DNA of 63,283 nt, filler included, from Octopus bimaculoides (Eukaryota): NCBI RefSeq assembly GCF_001194135.2. It is 5 parts of 5 records of this genome, joined end to end, with 100 filler letters (N's around TTAATTAATTAA, not from the genome) between each part and the next. Parts side by side here need not be neighbours in the genome. Positions count along the whole stretch, not along the records: positions 1 to 31,875 come from NC_068995.1; 4 more parts are not named here. One strand, 5' to 3'. A program made the translations under genes and the position numbers. The notes under the pieces were generated by a model. The model was given only the letters and a program-made list of their open reading frames with translations, searched no databases and was not told the origin of the DNA. Below, in pieces: positions 14,699 to 25,860 of this stretch; the stretch's first letter is position 1, and every line of letters begins with the position of its first letter.

Positions 14699-15103
14699 AG
14701 GGATGACCAGCAAAAGTGGACTCCTATATGCTAGAAATAGATGCCGAATCATCTAACCACAAAAAAATATATGTTCTCAGTAAAAATTCAGCGACACAAC
14801 AGACAGTTTGTTGTGTCGCTGAATTTTTACTGAGAACATATATATTNNNNNNNNNNNNNNNNNNNNNNNNNNNNNNNNNNNNNNNNNNNNNNNNNNNNNN
14901 NNNNNNNNNNNNNNNNNNNNNNNNNNNNNNNNNNNNNNNNNNNNNNNNNNNNNNNNNNNNNNNNNNNNNNNNNNNNNNNNNNNNNNNNNNNNNNNNNNNN
15001 NNNNNNNNNNTTGTATGTAATATAATTTTAATCTTCGGATTTTTTTAATATGCTAGACCACTGGTTCAAATTGATTAATATCAATTTCTACCCTCATAAA
15101 TAA

Positions 15104-15141
<38 letters not shown>

Positions 15142-16380
15142 CCAAGACAATGTGTGATGGTGTATGGCAGTTCTTTAGAAAGAATTTTCTTTTACGTACC
15201 TCATTGGTGTAGCAGTCGAGTGATTGGAAAGGGTTAATTGACACCAGGACATCGGCGATGTAAGTCTGAAAATAGATATAATCATAGTTTTTACACACAC
15301 ACACACATATATATATATATATGAAACAAACATATAAAAATAATGACGTCGACGATGGTCCTAAACAGCAGGGCTTACGAATATAGACGACATACAGGAA
15401 ATAGCACTGCTACGGGCTGCACACATCAGTAAAAATAATAAAACGGAAACAAACCACAGCACATACACAAAGCATAGAGATACACGTTTGGTAGTGGAGT
15501 GGAAAGCAAGGAATAAAAAAACCCTGTAAAAGAATCATGATGAAAGAGACCATTAAATGAAGTGCAAGCTAAGACCTTTTTACAATAGTTCTGCAAGAAC
15601 AGAGCTGATCTGGGGGCAACAAAGTAATTCAAACGATCCAATAAAGAGAAATCTCTGTTATGTGGTGGTTTAAACTGTTAGAAAAAGCAGCCAAATCACA
15701 CACCAATGGACCTTACTGACTTAAATACTTCGGATATTGGAGTACTTGATATCGCTAAAAAGAAAAAAAACAATGGGTCCACAACGTCGGAAGGTCTTTT
15801 ATTGTATATTTACTCGGTCAGAGCTGACCAGGGGTTAAACAATAACAACGACTCTAAAGCGTGGATGTGCTGTAAATTTGACGAGTGCTTTTCGTTAGAA
15901 CTGAGGGGCGAGTTCAAATATTTTAATGAGCGCAATTAGACGCAAATTATACAACAGCGAGACGCAGTAAGTATATGTAGTGCTGTTCCAGCAATTAAAA
16001 GAAATAATAGAACTTTTAAAGTATGATGTTTTATAAAATATCATTTAATTCAATTTACAAAAACTTAACAACTATAGAAAAAAAAAAAAAAATTTTTTTT
16101 TAATCTTTAATATTTGCTAAAACAGGAAACGAAACAGTTTGTGGTTAAAAAGCTGGACGGGAAAAGTAAATCGGATGACTAAGAAGTGAATGTTTTAACT
16201 GGAGCATTGTTTACAATAAATTAATAAAAAGAGCTTCATTACAACAATGTGTATGTGTGTATGTACACACACACACACACACACACACACANNNNNNNNN
16301 NNNNNNNNNNNNNNNNNNNNNNNNNNNNNNNNNNNNNNNNNNNNNNNNNNNNNNNNNNNNNNNNNNNNNNNNNNNNNNNN

Positions 16381-16424
<44 letters not shown>

Positions 16425-16887
16425 TTATGCAGAGAGTTTACCAGTGCATTTCCCACACAATTTCAACCGGAATTAGCATGTTTACATTATCTTATAAAGA
16501 TTCCGTGTGTCTTTCACCTCGGCTTGACAATAAGGTCACATGGCTCCGACTAAAGAGGAACTGATATTCACTTTAAGAAACCGCAAAATATGCTGCACAT
16601 TTGCCTGCTCTTCTCACTCTGTAGCTGACTCTTCCTCTCTCTCTCCGCCCTCCTCTCGCGCGCTTTCTAAATGTGTGGTTAAAGAGTCTACTTACGAATT
16701 CATGCATTGAATTTAAATTCATGCGCGCACTAACACAGATGCACACTGCACTTCACTCACACATCCGCACTCACACACATAAATGTATGCATACATACAC
16801 ATCTATCTATCTATATATAAACACACACGCATGCATACATACACTCACACATATACACACACACGCCTACATGCATACATGCATGCA

Positions 16888-16927
<40 letters not shown>

Positions 16928-17181
16928 TGTGTGTGTGTGTCGTTTGTAGAAATACATAAATCCGGAGAAGCACACTAAGATGTAGAGCAGTTAAGATTAT
17001 AATGGGGGAGGCCGGTTTATGGGATTACCCTGAGTTTGTCGCTCATAAGGGGTTTAGATATTTCCATAATTTTCAGGAAGTCTCTCTCTCTCTCTCTCTC
17101 TCTATTCCTTTGACAAATCATTTCACTAAGGAAGAAAGAGACAGTATTTTAGCATTTTCTACCTTGTCTTATTTTCCTTTC

Positions 17182-17222
<41 letters not shown>

Positions 17223-19159
17223 TATGTATATAGCTATGTATAGATAAATATGTATGTGTGTGTGTATCCATATACAGAGAAGATATTCGCACAATTCCCA
17301 CACCATTTAAACAATAATTTGTATATTATTATCTAACAAGGATTCCATGTGTCTGTCTATTAAAAGCCTGATAATACGTCACGTGGCTTCGGCCAAAGAG
17401 GAATTGACTTGAATTATAAGATAACACAAAAGGTATGACGAACTTTTTCTCTGCAATCTTTCTGTATGTTTCTCAGGTCACCTCTCGCTTTCCCTCCTGA
17501 AATCTATCTTTTAACAGTGACTATGTAGGAATTTACATATAAAAATTGAATAAACTCATCTTCAAACACAGACACGTATGTACACTGCCTGCATACGTAC
17601 ATCCACACACACAAACACACACACACACACACACACACAGACACTCACAATGGCACTCACACATACATATATGCATACATATGTATATGTACACATATGT
17701 GTGTGTATGTGTGTGTGTGTGTATACCTATATGTGTGTATTCGTTTACTCTTTTACTCGTTTCAGCCATGCGGCTGTGGTTATGCTGGAGCACCACCATG
17801 GGAATATATATACGTATATTACATATACATACATACGTATATTTTTGTATATGTATATGTGTGTAAGTGAATCTAACGGTTTTTGTGTGTTATTTTAAAT
17901 GGCTTATAAACACCTTCCACGCTGTATTTGTTTTCGCTCCAGCCCATGATCTCAGATCAGGGTATTTGCTATGCAAGTACATCTCCGTAATATATATACA
18001 AACATGAAATAAAAGCAGCAGTAGTGTAATTAACATTATCAACCACCTATACTTAATGCTTCGTGTATTCGCCGTTGCTAATGACGTCCTGGAGAATACC
18101 ATCTGAAAGCGCCGGATGTTTTTACTTATGCGTTAAGTCTATGGAGCGGATAACGCTTATTAATACATATATTGATTTGGCCAAGGAATAATTCTTGTGA
18201 ATTACTTTTCTTCTACTGTAGGTTTTCTGATGAGTGATGACGCTAATACGGATCAAAGAGAACTAGAAATAGGGACAAACGGTTCTAGTTGCTTCCAATG
18301 GTTGCATCAAAAGTAATGTTCCGCGTTTAAGTGTTGATGTGTCTTGATGTGTTCTCCTTCTTCTTTTGTCCTCAACGTCAACCTTGAAGGCATTCCCAAA
18401 AGAAGTTATCGACAAGCAAATGGGGCGTCCATTAGGCCTCTCTCCTTTGAAGAATCTGACAGGCCACTGGTGATACTTGATATGACAGTTATCAAGAGAT
18501 TTCCTCAGAAATTCACTGCACCGTTTTTTCCACACCCCTCACTCATGGCAACCACAGGAGAAGATCTTGTCATATTACCGATCTTGGATAGGAGATGAGA
18601 GTCAACTTTGGATAGTACCCTGCTCAGTATGACCTTGATGTTGGCCATTTCTTCATGTTCGTAGACTTCAGTATAAGTAACAAACGTAACCAAGTGGAAA
18701 GTATGTATATGTTCCAGTCACTGGTTCAAGATACAGCCTTGCTTATAAAGGGCGCCTATCTATTAGAAGTACCCATGGAGTTGGTGCGAAAGGCTACACA
18801 ACTGATTCCCAGCCTCATAAAACCCTCTGTTGCCTACGACTCCGACGAAAACCTGATTTTGGAAATTCTTTTTATTCTCCCCAAATTTTTCCTTTGCTTA
18901 GCTTACTCCATAATCATTTACAGAAAGTAAACAGAAAGTTACAAAAAATATTCATTATTTCGGTTGGTTAAAACTGAATAAACACAAAAAGGGGACCAAA
19001 CTAGATAACTTTTTATATTTATGACGAATCGCCTTTATTTGAGGAAACGGAAAATGGAAGCCGAGCACGTGGTACGTAACGTGAGACTGAAATATTGGCT
19101 CATACTCCGATAAACGTTTCCAACGTAAGTAGATTCGCTACCGCAAGGAACATTTTGTA

Positions 19160-19203
<44 letters not shown>

Positions 19204-21055
19204 AATATGTGTGTATGTGAATGTATGTATGTGTGTCTGCATATTCGTCCAGTTCCCACAAATTTCCACTATAATTTGTATAGTTATTTTAGTCAATTGT
19301 CATATCTTATAAAGATTGCATGCGCCTATCGTCAAAGCTTGACAATATGTCACGTGGCTTCGGCTACAAAGAAACTGACGTTAATTCGAAGTAAACATAA
19401 AAAATTGGCGAATACTTTATCTGCTTTTTTTTCTCTCAAACTTCATGATTTAACACAGGTTATAGACTAATTGATGTACAGAATTTACGCGCACACACAA
19501 ACACACACACACACACATGTATCTATATTGTAATGGGTCCTTAACTTCCGATGAAGTAATATGTTGTCATATACTGAGCCCCAGTTTCCTCTATCTGTTG
19601 TGTGCCAGAGTTCAGTTCCAACAATTCACCAATCCCCTATCTGTCCAACTTTTCCGCTGACCGCAGCGTCTTTCCCCGTCAAGAGTCCTTTGAAAAATGG
19701 TTTTCGCAAGGCTATTGGCTTATGTTCTATGACCCATATCATTCCAGCTTTATTTTCTTCACCATTGTGAGATCTGTGTGGGATCGAATGTGATATAGGA
19801 CGGTTTCCCAAACCCTCACATTCGTGCTGCGGTTCAAATATGAGAAGACTAATCCACCGAGGAGTACGTCTTCCAGTTCGGTGAAAGAAACAAATTTTGT
19901 AAACATTTCTTGTGAACTCAAGATCAGAGATATTCAAAAAAGTTCCATGCACCTCGACAAGTTTCAGTTGTCAAAGTGAACGACGCATTTGCTCCCTAGA
20001 TTAGAGAACAGTTTTTAATGCCCATTAACCCTTCCCTATTGCGCATAGTATTTTACATGTAAACACTCAGCATCGATGATATTCTTCATTAACAGAAAGG
20101 GACATATCGTTGATCCCCGTTCCCTTCAACGATTTCTTAATTTTTTTCTCGGAGTAACATCATCATTTGAGCCTGATCGATTGCCTGATCGATTCTAGTA
20201 GTACTCTTTCTTTCTCTCACATACACACAAACCCATACACACTTACATACAAATACATATATATACTTACACACGTGCATCATACATATATTCCGAAGCA
20301 ACAATTTCAGATTAAATATTCATCGGATTGAACGCGCGTGCGTGTATGTGTGTGGGTGGGTNNNNNNNNNNGTGTAATTTAAACATTATATCAGAACCGT
20401 TACGAAACGACCCCATTTCCTACGTTTTGTTGATTCGTCCTCACACACAAAGAAAAGGGCCGGGCATGTCAAAATACACGCCTGTAAGTGTGCTTGTGTA
20501 AATGTGTGTATATGTGTGTGTGTCTGCGCGCGCGCGCGTGTGTCTAGTGGTGGGGTGTAAATGACGTCGAACTCTTTACACTATAACACCATCAACACAT
20601 CACGTGATCTGTTCGAGGACAAAAGTTGAATCCAAGTTGTATTTCTTTGTCCCTTTCAATAACTGAGAACACACACTAACGTACACATTCATATATATAT
20701 ATATATATATATATATACGCATACACACAAACAAACGTACATACATACACATACATATATGCATAACACAAACATATACACATAAAAACTTTAAAAAATA
20801 GGCTGCGAGCTGGCAGAATCGTTAGCACGCCGGGCGAAATGCTTGACGATACTTCGTCTGCCGCTACGTTCTGAGTTCAAACTCCGCCGAGGTCGACTTT
20901 GCCTTTCATCCTTTCGGAGTCGATTAAATAAGTACCAGTTACGCACTGGAGTTGATATAATCGACTTAATCCGTTTGTCTGTCCTTGTTTGTCCCCTCTG
21001 TGTGTAGTCCCTTGTGGGTAGTAAAGAAATAACACATAAAAACTTAAATAGGTAC

Positions 21056-21090
<35 letters not shown>

Positions 21091-21922
21091 GATAGATAGA
21101 TAGATGATCCATACAAAGAAATACATAAACAACGCACATATATATGCATACACACATGAATATATACAACCGTAGATGTACATACGTATATACATACATG
21201 TAAACATATATATACATACACAAGCATATCTATAATATTCTGTTACTGGTTTCAGTGAAGGAACTGCGGCCATGTTAGTCCATCAATCTCAAGGGTTTTC
21301 GACACTTGAAGTTGATGGCTCAGCATTATCAATATTATTGCATATATTTATTTTATCGATCTGCATTTATCGATTCGGAATAATATGCTTTAGACATTCG
21401 TAAGTCGACATCTGGGTTGACATGATTAAATGTAAAGGTAGACACAGGTGTATGTATGTATGTATCTGTATGCATGTATGCATTTATGTAAGATGTATGC
21501 CGTATGTATATATACATATATATGGTTTCTTCTACTATATAAAGTTAATTTTGAACGATCACTTGATGAGTAGCAAAGTTGAATCGATAAATGCAGAATA
21601 AACATCTGCAATGGCATTAGATGCTGAGTCATCAACTTCAAGTGTCTAAAACCTTATAAATTGATGGACTAACATGGCCGCCGTCCCTTCACTGAGACCA
21701 GTAACAGAATATTATAGGTAGGCTTGTGTATATATGTTTAAATGTATGTATATACATATGTGCCTCTACAGTTGTATATATGCATGTGTGCATATATTTA
21801 CGTACGTGTTTATGTATTTCTTTGCATAGATTATTCATATATATATATATATATATAAAGACGGTGTTCTAGCATAATTGCAGTCAGCTGACTGAAGCAA
21901 GTAAAAAAATAAAAGATTATAC

Positions 21923-21975
<53 letters not shown>

Positions 21976-22476
21976 TGGTAACTGATCTGTTATAAAACTG
22001 CTGCTGCTAATGATGATGATAATAATGATGATGATGGTAATTGTAGTTTATAACAAAGTGCACACATTTGAAGAAGAGATGAAACTCTTTTGTTCGGAAG
22101 GCAAACCATTTCATTGATCCCAGAAGAATTGGATGAAAAGAAATCAAAATTCTATTCTGGTGGAATTTGATCTCAGAATTTAAAAGAAACGGAGATAAAT
22201 TCTTAAGCTTTTATTCCGTTCTCCCTGTCTTCCTGTCATCCTCCCATATATATCTGCGTGTGTATTTGTGTATGTGTGTTTGTGTGTTCGTGTGTGCGTA
22301 TGTGTGAGTGTTAGAATTAATCTAACGTGTTTCACATATGTGTTTCCCGTCCATTTGTTTAACAGCAGGCTGCAAGGTCAATATAGGGACCACCTTTGAA
22401 TTATAACACCAGTCTATCAAAATTATACAAAAAAGAAAGAAAAAAGCAAAATAAAAACAGAGTCAATACTAATGTG

Positions 22477-22559
<83 letters not shown>

Positions 22560-24530
22560 NNNNNNNNNNNNNNNNNNNNNNNNNNNNNNNNNNNNNNNNN
22601 NNNNNNNNNNNNNNNNNNNNNNNNNNNNNNNNNNNNNNNNNNNNNNNNNNNNNNNNNNNNNNNNNNNNNNNNNNNNNNNNNNNNNNNNNNNNNNNNNNNN
22701 NNNNNNNNNNNNNNNNNNNNNNNNNNNNNNNNNNNNNNNNNNNNNNNNNNNNNNNNNNNNNNNNNNNNNNNNNNNNNNNNNNNNNNNNNNNNNNNNNNNN
22801 NNNNNNNNNNNNNNNNNNNNNNNNNNNNNNNNNNNNNNNNNNNNNNNNNNNNNNNNNNNNNNNNNNNNNNNNNNNNNNNNNNNNNNNNNNNNNNNNNNNN
22901 NNNNNNNNNNNNNNNNNNNNNNNNNNNNNNNNNNNNNNNNNNNNNNNNNNNNNNNNNNNNNNNNNNNNNNNNNNNNNNNNNNNNNNNNNNNNNNNNNNNN
23001 NNNNNNNNNNNNNNNNNNNNNNNNNNNNNNNNNNNNNNNNNNNNNNNNNNNNNNNNNNNNNNNNNNNNNNNNNNNNNNNNNNNNNNNNNNNNNNNNNNNN
23101 NNNNNNNNNNNNNNNNNNNNNNNNNNNNNNNNNNNNNNNNNNNNNNNNNNNNNNNNNNNNNNTATATATGTCTTCTCTCGTTTTGTGCACACACAAACAC
23201 ACACATTCATACATACATATTAATATATCCATCTATCTGTGTCTGTGTCTATCTATCTATCTATCTACCTGTGTGTCTATCTACCTGTGTGTCTATCTAT
23301 CTGTGTGTCTATCTACCTGTGTGTCTATCTATCTGTCTGTTTCTATGCATACATAGATATGCGTATGTGCGTGTGCGTGCGTGTGTGCGTACATATGTTT
23401 GTGTATTCATGTTTTCTCTCTCTGACCGTCTCTCTCTCTTTCTCTCTTTCTCACTCTCTCTCCCTGTACACACACAAATTAATATATATTTATTTTTTGT
23501 TTTTTTTTGGAACGCAACACCCAATCCAGTCCGGGAATCGAACTCACTACTTCCTGATTGTGAACCTTCACATATGAAGGCGCATGGCTCAGTGGTTAGA
23601 GCATCGAGCTCACAATCATGAGGTAGTAAGTTCGATTCCCGGACCGGGCTGCGTGTTGTGTGTTCTTGAGCAAGACACTTTATTTCACATTGCTCCAGTT
23701 CCCTCAGCTGTAGAAATGAGTTACGACGACAGTAGTGCCAAGTTGTATCGGTCCCTTTGCCATTCCCTTGGATAACATCGGTGGTGTGGAGAGGGGAGTC
23801 TGGTGTGCATGGGCGACCACTGGTCTTCCATAAACAGATTTGTGCCTCAGGAGGGGAGGGGGACTTTCTAGGTGCAATCCCACAGCCATTTATGACCGAA
23901 GAGTCCTTTATATAGATGTGTATGTAGGTATGTATGTATGTGTGTGTGTACATGTGTGTGCGTATGCATCTGTGTACATGCGTTTCTCTCTCTCTCTCTC
24001 ATATATATATATANNNNNNNNNNNNNNNNNNNNNNNNNNNNNNNNNNNNNNNNNNNNNNNNNNNNNNNNNNNNNNNNNNNNNNNNNNNNNNNNNNNNNNN
24101 NNNNNNNNNNNNNNNNNNNNNNNNNNNNNNNNNNNNNNNNNNNNNNNNNNNNNNNNNNNNNNNNNNNNNNNNNNNNNNNNNNNNNNNNNNNNNNNNNNNN
24201 NNNNNNNNNNNNNNNNNNNNNNNNNNNNNNNNNNNNNNNNNNNNNNNNNNNNNNNNNNNNNNNNNNNNNNNNNNNNNNNNNNNNNNNNNNNNNNNNNNNN
24301 NNNNNNNNNNNNNNNNNNNNNNNNNNNNNNNNNNNNNNNNNNNNNNNNNNNNNNNNNNNNNNNNNNNNNNNNNNNNNNNNNNNNNNNNNNNNNNNNNNNN
24401 NNNNNNNNNNNNNNNNNNNNNNNNNNNNNNNNNNNNNNNNNNNNNNNNNNNNNNNNNNNNNNNNNNNNNNNNNNNNNNNNNNNNNNNNNNNNNNNNNNNN
24501 NNNNNNNNNNNNNNNNNNNNNNNNNNNNNN

Positions 24531-24571
<41 letters not shown>

Positions 24572-24574
24572 TAG

Positions 24575-24607
<33 letters not shown>

Positions 24608-24608
24608 A

Positions 24609-24645
<37 letters not shown>

Positions 24646-25660
24646 TCATATGATCATATATATGTGTATATACATACATAAATAAATACATGTATAGATG
24701 TAAATGTATAAATATATATGTACACATTTACATATGTACATATATATACATATATATATATGTATATACATACATACACATATACATTACATACACATGC
24801 ATAGACACACTCAAACATACGCACACATGCCTATATACATATTTTCTGTATATAAACAATAACATGGTTTATATACATATAACTGGATACTCGTATGTTT
24901 GTATGTGCATACATATGCACGTTTGAGTGCTTGTAGGTCGGTAGGTAGGTAGGTAAGTAGGCATCATCGAAAATGATAATGCAAAGATCCTATGGGATTT
25001 TATGATTCAGTGCGACCATGAGATAGAAAATGGGAAACCAGACAGTGTTAATTGAGAAACCAAGCAAATGATGCTGGATCATAGATATAGCATACCCAGC
25101 TGACAACAAGGTATGTGATAAGGAAGAAAGAAAAGTCGATAGATATGACAGGTTAGCTTGGGAGGTGAAGACAGTTGTGGTCGATGAAAAAGGTGGTAGT
25201 AGTACCAATAATTGTCGGAGCCCTGGAAACAGTGAATAAAAATCTTGAGAAGTACATGGAACAAATAGGGGTTGCAATAAGGGTGGAGCACTTGCAGAAA
25301 ACAGCACTGCTTGGAACCACTCGAATACTCCGGAAGGTGCCCGAAAAATATGAGGTGTTACCTTAGTTCACTGGAAGTGAACAACTGACACCGTAGTACA
25401 TCTCCAGCATTAGAAACTGTGCAAAGGCAATAATAATAATAATAACCGTTTCTGTTATAGGCACAAAGCCTGAAATTTAGGGTAAGGGGGCCAGTCGATT
25501 TTATCGACCCCAGTACTCAACTGGTACTTATTTCATCGACCCCAAAAGGATGAAAAGTAAAGTCGAAACTCGGCGGAATTTGAACTCAGAACGTAGTGAC
25601 GAGCGAAATACCATTAACGCTTTTCGTCCAGCGCGCTAACGTCTCTGCCAGCTCGCCGCC

Positions 25661-25707
<47 letters not shown>

Positions 25708-25846
25708 GAGGAAGAAGGAGAGAAAGAAGACTTACGTAGTATTTCTGCAGTAAGTATCTGTCATGTAAATGTTTCAGAATGATATTTTCCTCCAAGACAG
25801 GTAATTGCGATAAGTCTTCGATTGAAGTGGTCATCATTCCGGCCAT
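8484..25846 (-). CDS. Unconventional myosin motor domain gene (class III-like, no kinase recognised; candidate myosin-motor chitin synthase), 10 coding exons, 3' incomplete
   Basis: Hand-spliced exons 25846-25736, 15265-15200, 13389-13159, 12288-12174, 11591-11444, 11175-11055, 10227-10110, 9757-9686, 9292-9154 and 8709-8484 total 1347 nt (449 aa). All introns are GT-AG with matching phases. Motifs in the correct order: [100 protein letters not shown]. Confidence 0.95.
9154..9292 (-). CDS. Myosin exon 9 ([46 protein letters not shown])
   Basis: tctttAG / GTAAGT boundaries, 139 nt, phase 1-2. Confidence 0.95.
9686..9757 (-). CDS. Myosin exon 8 ([24 protein letters not shown])
   Basis: tcttgcAG / GTGAGT boundaries, 72 nt, phase 1-1. 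Confidence 0.9.
10110..10227 (-). CDS. Myosin exon 7 ([39 protein letters not shown])
   Basis: cccacAG / GTAAGC boundaries, 118 nt, phase 0-1; I..LLA.ILH..NI.F motif. Confidence 0.93.
10585..11025. repeat. Degenerate dispersed repeat, family F (also 15655-15850, 42290-42490, 55860-55925)
   Basis: Recurrent GTCCTAGATA...GGCTGGA...GACCTAGGGTTAAACAACAA segments. Confidence 0.5.
11055..11175 (-). CDS. Myosin exon 6 ([40 protein letters not shown])
   Basis: ttatAG / GTAAGA boundaries, 121 nt, phase 2-0. It bridges the phases of exons 5 and 7 and ends in the ..GF.. motif. Confidence 0.88.
11444..11591 (-). CDS. Myosin exon 5 ([32 protein letters not shown]...PEDFR)
   Basis: Not in the ORF track; read by hand. 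tttcAG / GTTTGT boundaries, 148 nt, phase 1-2. Confidence 0.95.
12174..12288 (-). CDS. Myosin exon 4 containing switch I ([38 protein letters not shown])
   Basis: aacAG / GTAGGT boundaries, 115 nt, phase 0-1. Confidence 0.96.
13159..13389 (-). CDS. Myosin exon 3 containing the P-loop ([11 protein letters not shown]...[18 protein letters not shown])
   Basis: cttttcAG / GTAAGT boundaries, 231 nt, phase 0-0. Confidence 0.95.
15200..15265 (-). CDS. Myosin exon 2 ([22 protein letters not shown])
   Basis: ttcAG / GTACGT boundaries, 66 nt, phase 0-0; YTY.G.IL.A.NP-type motif. Confidence 0.93.
18380..18840 (+). mobile_element. Decayed CR1/L2-like LINE fragment
   Basis: HITDLG...MYMFQSLVQ...[18 protein letters not shown] resembles KDLG...LYKSLVRP...LE.VQRKATKLIP; many stops. 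Confidence 0.3.
19530..20140 (-). mobile_element. Decayed CR1/L2-like LINE 3' fragment
   Basis: SSQEMFTK...[31 protein letters not shown] resembles VQRRFTK...SY.ERL..L.L..L..RR.R.DL..VYKI. Confidence 0.3.
20801..21031 (+). mobile_element. tRNA-derived SINE, family A
   Basis: GCGAGCTGGCAGAATCGTTAGC head, GAGTTCAAA B-box and a GTCGACTTTGCCTTTCATCCTTTCGG core; many copies in the window. Confidence 0.85.
21103..21836. repeat. Long fold-back repeat (~270-bp arms, ~200-bp spacer)
   Basis: Arm 21103-21376 is the imperfect reverse complement of 21581-21836 (e.g. TATAATATTCTGTTACTGG / CCAGTAACAGAATATTATA). Confidence 0.9.
23577..23910 (+). mobile_element. tRNA-derived SINE, family D (second copy 34089-34420 on minus; decayed copies near 60-150 and 53005-53140)
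   Basis: GAAGGCGCATGGCTCAGTGGTTAGAGC A-box and GTTCGATTCCC B-box, with a shared body in both full copies. Confidence 0.85.
24975..25440 (+). mobile_element. R4/Dong-clade (restriction-like endonuclease) LINE, 3' fragment
   Basis: Fragments [16 protein letters not shown] and [14 protein letters not shown]...[16 protein letters not shown] are typical of the C-terminal RLE region. Ends at (TAA)n. Confidence 0.8.
25430..25662 (-). mobile_element. tRNA-derived SINE, family A (full length)
   Basis: Reverse complement of the family A consensus, flanked by (TAA)n on both sides. Confidence 0.85.
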
Positions 25847-25860
25847 CTGTTGACCACTGA
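25736..25860 (-). CDS. Myosin exon 1 ([37 protein letters not shown]); ATG at 25846
   Basis: Acceptor ttttgcAG before 25860 and donor GTAAGT after 25736. Matches the motor N-terminal DL..L..L.E..I...L..RY motif. Confidence 0.85.

Noticed and set aside
22396-24727. Many long ORFs spanning N runs and (TA)n/(CA)n tracts (also near 26600-27500, 46500-47200, 53700-54600)
   Set aside because: Artefacts of gaps and simple repeats, which lack stop codons.
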